From a virus: a stretch of 64,000 bases of DNA. Every line of letters begins with the position of its first letter. Position 1 is the stretch's first letter. The notes beneath the pieces are model-generated. The model searched no databases and was not told the origin of the DNA. It was given only the letters and a program-made list of their open reading frames with translations. The stretch spans positions 1 through 64,000 of IMG/VR virus record IMGVR_UViG_3300034284_003265. One strand, 5' to 3'. Positions 8,911 to 17,000 of the stretch are shown here, piece by piece. A program made the translations under genes and the position numbers.

Positions 8911-9117
8911 ATGAACAAAGAAGACAAGAAAGCCTTCAACGAGATTTCCGCTCAAATTCGGTTGGTTAAGAAGCAGAAGGCTCAAGCTTATCGTGAAAAT
9001 CGGTTGGAGGATGCCAAGAACTTTGAACGAGAAGAGACTTACCTTCGCCAGATTTCCAACAAGGTTCAAGGTAGGGATTTGGAACTTTTTCTCGGCAAAA
9101 GCATCTTTTCCATTTGA
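8911..9117 (+). CDS. hypothetical early protein
   Basis: start set at ccacgATG 8911 behind a promoter. Confidence 0.75.
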   Translation: MNKEDKKAFNEISAQIRLVKKQKAQAYRENRLEDAKNFEREETYLRQISNKVQGRDLELFLGKSIFSI

Positions 9118-9150
9118 CTTTTCACTAAAACCTGTTAATCTATTTCCACG

Positions 9151-9315
9151 ATGAAGACTATGTGTAAGAATGTGAAGCCCGTAAATTGTGTTTGTGGGTC
9201 CAAGGCGAATGGAAAGGGACGGTTAATTGAATGCTCTTCAAGAAATTGTCTGCGGTTTGTTTCACGGCCAACGAGAGCTGAAGCCGTCATCCGATGGAAT
9301 GAAATGAACGCTTGA
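9151..9315 (+). CDS. Lar-like (restriction alleviation family) zinc-finger protein, 54 aa, not in ORF track
   Basis: CVCG...C-x4-C...AEAVIRWN pattern; behind a promoter. Confidence 0.55.
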   Translation: MKTMCKNVKPVNCVCGSKANGKGRLIECSSRNCLRFVSRPTRAEAVIRWNEMNA

Positions 9316-9361
9316 AAAAAGTTGTTGACTTTTCACTGAAACCTGTTAATCTATTTCCACG

Positions 9362-9664
9362 ATGATTCCTCCGAGCAAGACTGAAACCATCAAGACAATC
9401 GCTGACCTCAAGGCTTATTTTGTTGAGGTTGATGAATTGAACCGCTATAATGGTGTTACCGCCGTTAGAACCACAAAAGAAATTGCTACTGAGTTGTTGA
9501 TGGATAATGTGAGTATTATTCGTGGTGGTAATATCCGATACTTTCAGATTAAACATATTGGTCTGGGAGTCTATGAAGTTAAGTTACGGGATAATAACCG
9601 AGTTAATACAATTTTAGTAGAAAATTGGGAAAAACGGGTTATTAATAATACTGAACATTTCTGA
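9362..9664 (+). CDS. hypothetical early protein
   Basis: behind a promoter. Confidence 0.75.
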   Translation: MIPPSKTETIKTIADLKAYFVEVDELNRYNGVTAVRTTKEIATELLMDNVSIIRGGNIRYFQIKHIGLGVYEVKLRDNNRVNTILVENWEKRVINNTEHF

Positions 9665-9711
9665 AAAAAGCTGTTGACTTTTTATCACGGGTAACTTAAT
9701 ATATTTTTACA

Positions 9712-9873
9712 ATGAAATACAAAATGTTTGTTTGTGTTAACGGCAACAAAACTTTAATTGCTAGTTCTTATGAGTTTAAGGGGCTTGAGAAACTTATTGA
9801 GGAACTTGAAAATTTTGGTACTCTATGGGAAGTGACTGAAGATGGTGTTACGGTGATTACTAATTTTAATTAA
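9712..9873 (+). CDS. small hypothetical protein (53 aa)
   Basis: acaATG behind a promoter. Confidence 0.6.
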   Translation: MKYKMFVCVNGNKTLIASSYEFKGLEKLIEELENFGTLWEVTEDGVTVITNFN

Positions 9874-9881
9874 TTAACAAT

Positions 9882-10259
9882 ATGAATTACGTTAACTTTT
9901 TTGAACTTAAGGGTAAGACTATAACTTCAATTGATGGTAGTAACTCTGATGATAGTGACACTATTATCACTACCAGTGATGGTTCTATTTATACTTTAAC
10001 GCATATACAAGATTGTTGTGAACACGTTAGAGTGTATGGTTCTGTTGGTAATATTGATGATGTGCTTAATGTAGAAGTAATTGATGCTGAGGATACTAAT
10101 CCTATGGATAATCCTAATGCACCTGACTATAAGGCTTATGATTCTGCTACTTGGACTCAATTTAGAATTGTTACCAACAAGGGTACTTTTGAAATTTGGT
10201 GGTTGGGTGAATCAAATGGATATTACGGTGAAACTGTTTCTGTAATTAAGAACTCATAA
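9882..10259 (+). CDS. conserved phage hypothetical protein
   Basis: HIQDCCEHV...TWT...TNKG...WLGESNGYYGE motif. Confidence 0.8.
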   Translation: MNYVNFFELKGKTITSIDGSNSDDSDTIITTSDGSIYTLTHIQDCCEHVRVYGSVGNIDDVLNVEVIDAEDTNPMDNPNAPDYKAYDSATWTQFRIVTNKGTFEIWWLGESNGYYGETVSVIKNS

Positions 10260-10521
10260 TTTCTGAAATAAAATAATATCGTACTTTTATAAAAACACTA
10301 ATTATTTGCGCAGAAAGCGCCTGAAAAGTGCTTGACTCCTGAAAAATTCCTGATAAATTATAAAAATGAAAATTAAAGTTAGAAAGAGCTGGGGAGACAC
10401 CAAACCCATCACCAAGCGCATTGAGAGTGCCAAACTCTACAAGCGCAACAAGAATAAGTTCAGCTATTCAAATTACAGCTGGGGAGATCTTAACTAAATT
10501 TAAAATAATATAAATAATAAT

Positions 10522-10818
10522 ATGCCTGAAATTGATCCTGAATTGCAAGATGAACAGCTAGAAGATGCTAAATACCTGGAAGAACTTAATCACTATGTAA
10601 ACACTCTTTCAGCGCCTAGTGCAGAAGCAGTAGCTCTATATAGTGCCAAACTGTCTATGCTTGAAGATATTCATACAGAAATTAGAGCTAAATATCCTGA
10701 TTTCAAGCCTGTATATGATTCCAGTATGGATGCTGCACTCAATCAAGATCTAGGCAAATATCAAGAAATGACTTACAGCTTCTCAAGCCGTGACCTCAGC
10801 GGAAATCGCTCGGAATAA
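10522..10818 (+). CDS. hypothetical protein
   Basis: ORF. Confidence 0.65.
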   Translation: MPEIDPELQDEQLEDAKYLEELNHYVNTLSAPSAEAVALYSAKLSMLEDIHTEIRAKYPDFKPVYDSSMDAALNQDLGKYQEMTYSFSSRDLSGNRSE

Positions 10819-10869
10819 GCTAAAAAACTGTTGACTTTGGCCAAAACTAGTGTAGACTGTATCTCGTAA

Positions 10870-11442
10870 ATGAAAAAGCTCCAAAAGGAATTCACCGGTA
10901 ATTACGACAAGGTTGGCATGAACAAGTTCGTGCAAATCAAGAAAGAGAATGGTGTGGCTATCTATCAGAGGTTCAACACTGATGGTACTCCTCGTAGTTA
11001 TGAAGTGTTTATTGTGAAGGTTGTGCCTAAGGGTGCTCCTCTGCCCAATGGTAAGACTGTAGAGGAATCGTATGAACAGTATCCAGGCGCTAATGCATTT
11101 GGTAAGACTGCTTATGATTGTCGTACACTTGGTCAAGCAGAAGAACGTTTTGATCAACTTGTGATTAAGGCTAAGGATAGTGCTGAAGCCAAGGAAGAAT
11201 CTGCTAAGACTGGTATTCGTAATCGTGGTCGTCGTGGTACTAGCAAGAAGATTAAGCTGGATATGACACTCAATAAGGGTACCAAGTTTACCGCTAAGTT
11301 TCTTATGAGTGCTTTGGGAGTGACTCAGCCTGTGTTGTTTCCTATTCTCAAACAGTGGGAGAAGGAAGGTAGTATCAAGGTTAATGGTACTGTAAAGGCA
11401 GAAGGTAAAGGACGACCTGCTACTGAGTACATTGTGGTTTAA
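10870..11442 (+). CDS. protein with a putative C-terminal winged-helix DNA-binding domain
   Basis: C-terminal wing motif GKGRPATEY; basic. Confidence 0.65.
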   Translation: MKKLQKEFTGNYDKVGMNKFVQIKKENGVAIYQRFNTDGTPRSYEVFIVKVVPKGAPLPNGKTVEESYEQYPGANAFGKTAYDCRTLGQAEERFDQLVIKAKDSAEAKEESAKTGIRNRGRRGTSKKIKLDMTLNKGTKFTAKFLMSALGVTQPVLFPILKQWEKEGSIKVNGTVKAEGKGRPATEYIVV

Positions 11443-11465
11443 AGTATCACTATTAAGCATTTACC

Positions 11466-11501
11466 AACCAGATAGGGTCAAAGTACTCTATCTGGTTTTT
11501 T
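11466..11501 (+). terminator. intrinsic terminator
   Basis: ACCAGATAG/CTATCTGGT + T tract. Confidence 0.8.
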
Positions 11502-11611
11502 GTTGTGGGTATTTAATATTAATTTCAGTATATAGTCTACCCAAAAGATTTTTGAAGAAAGTTGCAGAAAACCCTTGATTCCGCCACAAACTCTGGTAGA
11601 TTAGACACGTA

Positions 11612-11956
11612 ATGAACAACGTCTCCAACGATTCGAATATGAACTCCACCTCCACCAAGACCACCTCCAAGGCTGGTCGTCCTGCCAAGAACCTTAAGCT
11701 GATCCTCAACAAGAGCTTCACTCTCAAGGATCTTCAAACCCTCAATCCCGATGTCAAGGCCGTGACCATCCGAGCCGCTGTTCTTCGGGGTCTGTCCAAT
11801 GGCAAGTATACCAAGCTTCCTCGTAATGTCCAGACCGGTCGTAAGGGTAAGCCTGCCAATATCTTCATCAATACCAAGGTGTACAAGGCTAACCTCGCTA
11901 ACCTTGCCAAGTCCAAGGCTGTCGCCACTGTGACTGCCGAGGTTGTGACTGCTTAA
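11612..11956 (+). CDS. basic winged-helix-like DNA-binding protein
   Basis: FTLKDL...GRKGKPANIF; C-ending codon bias. Confidence 0.65.
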   Translation: MNNVSNDSNMNSTSTKTTSKAGRPAKNLKLILNKSFTLKDLQTLNPDVKAVTIRAAVLRGLSNGKYTKLPRNVQTGRKGKPANIFINTKVYKANLANLAKSKAVATVTAEVVTA

Positions 11957-12023
11957 AGATAATTTAGAACTAGTTCAAAAACCCCTTGACTTTGAACGGT
12001 CAAGGGTTTATTCTTTTTACACA

Positions 12024-12383
12024 ATGAAACGCAATCTTATTAATATTATTTACCCAGACGAAGCCGTTAACTCCTTTGTGATGACTACTGATATGTCCAC
12101 AGCTGACATTCTGGAACGTGTGTTCGCTGAATGGAACCATGGATCTGGTAGGGAGTGTGAGATGTTCATCAACTCTAAGAAGCGCTCATTGAGCGTCAAT
12201 GATATCGTGTGTGTCAATGGTACGTATTTTCAGTGTGCTAGTGTTGGATGGTATGAAGTAAGTCCTGAGTATGTCAATGCTTTGGAAAAGGAAGTAGCTG
12301 ACCATCCCAGTCGGCTCGACGGTGCTTGGTTTGCTTTGAGTGAAGTAATGTGGGGTCGAAAGTGTGTGGTTGAGACCGTTTAA
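12024..12383 (+). CDS. YodL-like domain protein
   Basis: LERVF..WN...RSLSVNDIV motif. Confidence 0.55.
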   Translation: MKRNLINIIYPDEAVNSFVMTTDMSTADILERVFAEWNHGSGRECEMFINSKKRSLSVNDIVCVNGTYFQCASVGWYEVSPEYVNALEKEVADHPSRLDGAWFALSEVMWGRKCVVETV

Positions 12384-12430
12384 AGGGTAGCCAGAACGCC
12401 CTATAGGCCTCATACAGACACTTTGATTGG

Positions 12431-12463
12431 TTGGGAGGGTCAACATACCCTCCCAATTTTTTT
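12431..12463 (+). terminator. intrinsic terminator
   Basis: TTGGGAGGGT/ACCCTCCCAA + T tract. Confidence 0.8.
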
Positions 12464-12509
12464 GCACTCTAGTGTTGACTTTTTGACTGGGTAGTGTAAA
12501 GTCTTTACA

Positions 12510-12566
12510 GATCGGCTGAACAAGCTAGGGTGGGGGACCAACTCCTACTCTGATTACGTTAACATT
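12510..12566 (+). ncRNA. putative small RNA, copy B
   Basis: promoter TTGACT(12475)..TAAAGT with no ORF behind it; hairpins GGCT/AGCT and AGGGTGGGGG/CTCCTACTCT. Confidence 0.55.
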
Positions 12567-12627
12567 AACGCACAAAGTTGAAGAAAGTGCTTGAAATTTG
12601 GCCTGGGTAGTCTAAGATATTTCCACA

Positions 12628-12870
12628 ATGAACGTTGCTTCTATCGCTTCCAACAAGATCAAGGTCGAATATTCCGCCGTACCGGGTGACAACCGTGAGT
12701 TCCTCACCTTCAGCGTGCCGAACGGCTGGGATGATGTTAAGAAGCTGACCAACAAGGTGCTGACCTACAACAACAAGGACTTCACCTTCAGCGGCTGGAA
12801 CAGTGACCGTAACGAGTGCTACTTTGTTCGATTGGTCAATGGAATGAGCTTCGTGGCTTCGATTCGGTAA
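12628..12870 (+). CDS. hypothetical early protein
   Basis: behind a promoter; FSGWNSDRNECYF. Confidence 0.8.
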   Translation: MNVASIASNKIKVEYSAVPGDNREFLTFSVPNGWDDVKKLTNKVLTYNNKDFTFSGWNSDRNECYFVRLVNGMSFVASIR

Positions 12871-12920
12871 TCAAAAATAGTTGTTGACTTTCTCTAAAAA
12901 GCTGATAATCTATTTACACA

Positions 12921-13112
12921 ATGAAAGTTCAAATTGAGTTTGATACCGATAACGCCGCTTTCGAGGATTCCTTCCTTATGGAAGTTACTCGGACTCTTCA
13001 ACAGTGCAAGAGTGCTTTGTTGGATAGTGAACGAGGTACTATTACTATTCGTCATATTCTCAAAGATTCCAATGGTAATAGGATTGGTGTGGTTAGTATT
13101 GGTAACAATTAA
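12921..13112 (+). CDS. conserved small phage protein
   Basis: DNAAFED...DSNGNRIG motif. Confidence 0.8.
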   Translation: MKVQIEFDTDNAAFEDSFLMEVTRTLQQCKSALLDSERGTITIRHILKDSNGNRIGVVSIGNN

Positions 13113-13134
13113 ACAATAAAGAATAAACAATAAT

Positions 13135-13419
13135 ATGACTCTCACTGAACATTATAGTAATGATAATAAGATCCGCAACTATACTCGTATTTATGATCCT
13201 GGTCATAGTTGGCTAGAAGTGCCTGCTAAAGATGTACGAGATATTGCTGGGGTTTGGGATGATATTACAGCTTATTCCCCACTTAAACGTCATAAGTTCT
13301 ATCTGGAAGAAGATTGTGATCTATACACCTTCTACAAAGCTATGACTGATAAAGGATACACTATCAATATCACCGAGGTCGATGTGGATGACTTTGATCA
13401 ATATCTACAGAACCAATAA
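13135..13419 (+). CDS. conserved phage hypothetical protein
   Basis: DPGHSWLEV...YLEEDCD motif. Confidence 0.8.
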   Translation: MTLTEHYSNDNKIRNYTRIYDPGHSWLEVPAKDVRDIAGVWDDITAYSPLKRHKFYLEEDCDLYTFYKAMTDKGYTINITEVDVDDFDQYLQNQ

Positions 13420-13424
13420 ACACT

Positions 13425-13631
13425 ATGAGTACACTAGAACAATACAAAGAAAACCTCAGTATGAAGATATTTAGCCGTAGTGTCATACTAGCACAAGCCG
13501 GTAACCAATGTGTTGAATGTGGTAAACAAGCAACATACTTTCGTGACGCTCTTAGTGCAAAAGAGTATAAGATTGCTGCCACTTGCCAACACTGCCAAGA
13601 CAAGTACTGGGGTCTTCACCAAGCTGAGTAA
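13425..13631 (+). CDS. small zinc-finger protein
   Basis: CVECG...FRDALSAKEY...CQHCQD. Confidence 0.8.
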   Translation: MSTLEQYKENLSMKIFSRSVILAQAGNQCVECGKQATYFRDALSAKEYKIAATCQHCQDKYWGLHQAE

Positions 13632-13693
13632 TCAAAAAAAACTTTTAGAAAAAGCTTGAGGTTTCGGTCTGGGTACGGTAGGATATTTCCACA

Positions 13694-13996
13694 ATGAACG
13701 TTGATTCTGTCCCTTTCATCCCTACCCGTGATGACCTGATCGGCTACATCTCGGATACCTACAAGGAGATCAACGGCTTCCGCCCTCGTCCCACCTGGTC
13801 CGAGTTGACCTACAACCAGCTGGACCAGTGGGGCCGACAGTTGGCGGCTGAGGCGGTTACTCACCGCAAGCAGGAGGTTATCCGTAACCGCATCGCCCGA
13901 GGCCTCCGTCGTGCTCAACAGCGCGCCTGGGTTGAGAAGAAACGGGGCTACTTCACTCCGTCTACATTCACCCTCGGAAATCTGGTCAACTTCTAA
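13694..13996 (+). CDS. conserved phage hypothetical protein
   Basis: ISDTYKEINGFRPR motif; behind a promoter. Confidence 0.8.
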   Translation: MNVDSVPFIPTRDDLIGYISDTYKEINGFRPRPTWSELTYNQLDQWGRQLAAEAVTHRKQEVIRNRIARGLRRAQQRAWVEKKRGYFTPSTFTLGNLVNF

Positions 13997-14043
13997 AAAA
14001 AGCTGTTGACTTTCTCCTCAACTCTGATATTCTATTTACACAA

Positions 14044-14196
14044 TGAACGTTGACTTCAGCACGATTGATCCCCAGAACGAACTGTCTGACCTCTACACTC
14101 CCGACTATCGGGAACAGGCTCCCAACGAGGATGCCTATTTGGACCAGGCCTACGAGGACCGATTTGAATGTGCTTGTATGGCCGACTACCAGTAAT
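14044..14196 (+). CDS. small acidic protein (50 aa, not in ORF track)
   Basis: acacaATG behind a promoter; DAYLDQAYEDRFE. Confidence 0.65.
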
Positions 14197-14240
14197 TTGT
14201 TCGGGGTAATACAATAACTTTAACTAACACTAACACTACT

Positions 14241-14753
14241 ATGGCTATTAAAAAGAACGACATCGTTACCAATAACAAAGATATCCGCGTTGGTTCACCC
14301 TCTAACCCTCTTGTTATTCCTGCTGGTACTCAACTCCGTGTATGGAAAGCTACTCGTCGTGGCACTCTCTTCTGCAACGCTGTTGATCGTATTCTCTCCT
14401 ATTACACCGTCAATGCATATGCAACTGATGTCACTAAGGTTGAACAACCCAAACCCAATGTCAATGTAGGCGACATCTTTGTGTGTAGTTGGGGTTATGA
14501 CCAAACCAATATCGACTACTACATGGTTACCAATGTAAAGAACAAGACCGTCAACCTCGTTAGTATCGGTCAGAAGCGCAACTACACCGGACCTATGCAA
14601 GGCGAGTGTGTGCCTGATACTAGTGTTGTTGGCAACAAGATCTACACCAAGCGCATGATCAACGATGGTAATAGTGTCAGTTTCAAAATGACCAGTTACA
14701 GCTGGGCTTACAAGTGGAATGGTAAAACCAACTGCTTCACTGAGTGGGCTTGA
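14241..14753 (+). CDS. conserved phage hypothetical protein
   Basis: VGDIFVCSWGYDQTNIDYY motif. Confidence 0.8.
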   Translation: MAIKKNDIVTNNKDIRVGSPSNPLVIPAGTQLRVWKATRRGTLFCNAVDRILSYYTVNAYATDVTKVEQPKPNVNVGDIFVCSWGYDQTNIDYYMVTNVKNKTVNLVSIGQKRNYTGPMQGECVPDTSVVGNKIYTKRMINDGNSVSFKMTSYSWAYKWNGKTNCFTEWA

Positions 14754-15123
14754 TAGGGTAGCTGGGTAGGGGGCTATGTCACTTTTAGCCTATTTATAAA
14801 CTTGACGGGGTAGGGGGTATAGCTCCCTACCTCTTTTTATTATAATAGGGGGGAGGGGGTATGGGGTACCCTACCGAAGATGGTTCTGAACATGAGAGGC
14901 TGCGCGCGGTACCCCGCGCGGGGATACGCACAGCACACATTGAGGTTTTTTACTTGGGAAAAAGCACATATGAACATTTGTTTAGTGTGCTTGGGGGTAG
15001 TTATAAAAAGTGGGGATAAAAGGGTGTTTTTGGAGGGTATTTTTTGGGTTTTTTTGAGAAGATGTGAAAAAAACAGGGGGAGTATTTTTTTGTTGGGGGA
15101 ATTTATATATGTTGACGTTGATA

Positions 15124-16014
15124 TTAATTATCGTAGTATATTTTGCAGGAGTGTAGACTTTCCATATTTGGATATTTAGTTAATAAATTTTGTAGATCTT
15201 GTTTGGTTTTTATGTCTGGTAATGTTGATATACAATTTGAATTTACTTTCCAACTAAACGAGAAAATTCCGCATATAATTGATACTATTTCCCATGGTTC
15301 ATAATATAATAGATTCCTTTGATTATTATAATATAGTAGATGATTGGATGGTTTATATTTTTCTGTTAAGTTTATTATTTGTTGTATTAGGTATACAACG
15401 TCTTTTTTTCTGTCGATGAAAGTTGAGTGAATTTTTTTTGTTTTGACAATTGAATTTGCACCAAAGCATGTTCTCATGTCATTTTTTGCGGCTGTGTCTA
15501 GATCTATATTAATTTTTTTGCAAACGTCATTTAAGTCACTATAGAATTTTCGAAAATTTTCGAGACGTATTGTATCATTTTCTCCTAATTTCATCCATGT
15601 ATTTAAAAATAACCATGTTACTTTAAGATCTGAGAGATTATCTGGACAATATATGTCTATGTTATTTTTGTTATAAGAATTGTCTATTGTTTTAAAGAAC
15701 ATTGAATCTGGTTCGGCTAATATAAAATAATTTGTATCTATAATAGAACATGGTTTTACGAATATATTATAAATCCAGTCTATGATATCGTTTATTTCAT
15801 CTTTGGTAAAAATAGGATATTTATATTTTTTATTTGGTGTATAAGTTATGATGTTTAAGTTTTGGCATAAATTTTGATATTCAGGTAACTGTTGTACATT
15901 TACTGCTATTACATTTTGATTGTTATATAGCATATAATCTGAAATGCTTTTTTCTATGGATTTTATATGATTTGTTGTGCCTCCTAAAGATAACAATGTT
16001 AAATCGTCGTTCAT
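15124..16014 (-). CDS. hypothetical protein (possibly glycosyltransferase-like)
   Basis: 296-aa AT-rich ORF with ILAEPD acidic motif. Confidence 0.55.
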   Translation of the reverse strand: MNDDLTLLSLGGTTNHIKSIEKSISDYMLYNNQNVIAVNVQQLPEYQNLCQNLNIITYTPNKKYKYPIFTKDEINDIIDWIYNIFVKPCSIIDTNYFILAEPDSMFFKTIDNSYNKNNIDIYCPDNLSDLKVTWLFLNTWMKLGENDTIRLENFRKFYSDLNDVCKKINIDLDTAAKNDMRTCFGANSIVKTKKIHSTFIDRKKDVVYLIQQIINLTEKYKPSNHLLYYNNQRNLLYYEPWEIVSIICGIFSFSWKVNSNCISTLPDIKTKQDLQNLLTKYPNMESLHSCKIYYDN

Positions 16015-16093
16015 GTATAATTTAACAATATCTATATAATTGTTAAATTATTAATTTTTTATAATGTTTTAATTTGTATGTATTATAAAATAT

Positions 16094-16243
16094 ATGTTAT
16101 CGTTGAATGAAAGTCAGTTGATGTTATTGGGTTGGGTGATTACAATAGGCAGCAGCATTATTGTGATGGGGTTGACGTTATTGATGATGTATTGTATATA
16201 TAGTTTATATAGAATTGTAAAGAATTTTAGCAATAAAAATTGA
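16094..16243 (+). CDS. small membrane protein (49 aa)
   Basis: MLSLNESQLMLLGWVITIGSSIIVMGLTLLMMYC... hydrophobic helix. Confidence 0.5.
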   Translation: MLSLNESQLMLLGWVITIGSSIIVMGLTLLMMYCIYSLYRIVKNFSNKN

Positions 16244-16276
16244 TATTTGTATATATTGATGATATATATTAACGTA

Positions 16277-16360
16277 ATGAGAGTACATTATACAAATATT
16301 AAACGTTGGAATACCTTTACAAATTGTGAAGATAGAGGTATGGCGGCTGATATTGTGTAA
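16277..16360 (+). CDS. attenuator leader peptide 1 (MRVHYTNIKRWNTFTNCEDRGMAADIV)
   Basis: short ORF whose 3' end is the 5' strand of an antiterminator; codons match tRNA array 1. Confidence 0.8.
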   Translation: MRVHYTNIKRWNTFTNCEDRGMAADIV

Positions 16361-16424
16361 ATGTAGATCTAAAACCCAAACAATATCAACCGTCACCAAA
16401 AAAAGTGACGGTTTTTTTATTTTT
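16341..16424 (+). promoter_or_regulatory. attenuator 1: antiterminator 16341-16356/16380-16395, mutually exclusive with terminator 16388-16424
   Basis: TGGCGGCTGATATTGT pairs with ACAATATCAACCGTCA (15/16); terminator AACCGTCAC/GTGACGGTT + T tract. Confidence 0.85.
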
Positions 16425-16428
16425 GGTG

Positions 16429-16547
16429 TTGACGTTCTTTGGATGTGTGGTAAAGTAATTAAACAGTGAACGAAGTAAGTAGTTCATTAAATGATGAAAA
16501 AGAAATTTTAAAAGTCAGTTGACAACAGTGAAAGCTGTGATAGACTG
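16429..16547 (+). promoter_or_regulatory. two sigma70-type promoters upstream of tRNA array 1
   Basis: TTGACG..TAAAGT and TTGACA..TAGACT. Confidence 0.7.
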
Positions 16548-16651
16548 AGTGAAGAGTAAGGAAGGTTTGAAACTCCATCTGTTGAACCTCCTCCAGTGAA
16601 CCGAGTAATCGGCGATAAGGTAAAGTCTGGGAAAATCAATTGATTGGTCCG

Positions 16652-16679
16652 TGGGTGTTATGCTGAAATACAGAACCCA
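16652..16679 (+). repeat. 28-nt element identical to 24600-24627, in the leader of tRNA array 1
   Basis: TGGGTGTTATGCTGAAATACAGAACCCA. Confidence 0.95.
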
Positions 16680-16740
16680 TAGGGCGATGACAGTATTACT
16701 GAGGTGATTACTGTGAATGTTGAAGTAAAGAAAATTTAAC

Positions 16741-16822
16741 GCCGTTGTGAGTTGAGTGGTTGAAAACACCAGTTTTGTAAACTGGAAAATCATCGCAGGT
16801 TCGAATCCTGTCAACGGCTCCA
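16741..16822 (+). tRNA. tRNA-Thr(UGU)
   Basis: cloverleaf, CCAGT-TT TGT AA-ACTGG, TCCA end. Confidence 0.9.
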
Positions 16823-16834
16823 GATTATAGTAAT

Positions 16835-16910
16835 GGTGATATTGGTGTAACAGTTAGCACCTGAGTTTGTGAAACTCAAGGAACGAGGGCAGCACTCGTA
16901 TATCACCCCA
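16835..16910 (+). tRNA. tRNA-His(GUG)
   Basis: G-1 present, TT GTG AA loop, atypical T-loop GGCAGCA, CCCA end. Confidence 0.85.
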
Positions 16911-16918
16911 ATTTTAAT

Positions 16919-16994
16919 TACCCTATCGTCTAGGTTTAGGACGGATGTGTTCTCTGAGACATCAACCTTGGTGAAAATCCAAGTGGGGTAACCA
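16919..16994 (+). tRNA. atypical tRNA-Gln(CUG)/Glu(CUC)-like gene with a 10-nt anticodon loop
   Basis: TACCCTA/TGGGGTA ACCA; GATGT-GTTCTCTGAG-ACATC. Confidence 0.55.
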
Positions 16995-17000
16995 ATTTAT

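Larger units (their letters stand above)
306..14043 (+). promoter_or_regulatory. Array of about 30 repeated sigma70-type early promoters (A-tract, TTGACn, 16-17 bp, TAnnnT, ATG 9-10 nt later)
   Basis: e.g. TTGACA(306)..TAGACT, TTGACA(844)..TAATCT, TTGACT(2241)..TATACT, TTGACT(6351)..TAAAGT, TTGACT(7600)..TAAGAT, TTGACT(11986)..TATTCT; shared AAAAAAGCTGTTGAC flank. Confidence 0.9.

Noticed and set aside
306-14043. Repeated intergenic motifs as a CRISPR array or integron attC sites
   Set aside because: The repeats are degenerate promoters separated by whole genes; no constant spacer length, cas gene, integrase or attC structure.
7-14600. Many minus-strand ORFs in the early region (e.g. 7-372, 1693-2187, 5174-5731, 10783-11460)
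   Set aside because: Shadows of promoter-backed plus-strand genes; the GT-rich coding strand leaves few antisense stops.
14880-15179. 99-aa ORF across the G-rich junction
   Set aside because: Low-complexity homopolymer-driven translation, overlapping the convergent gene.
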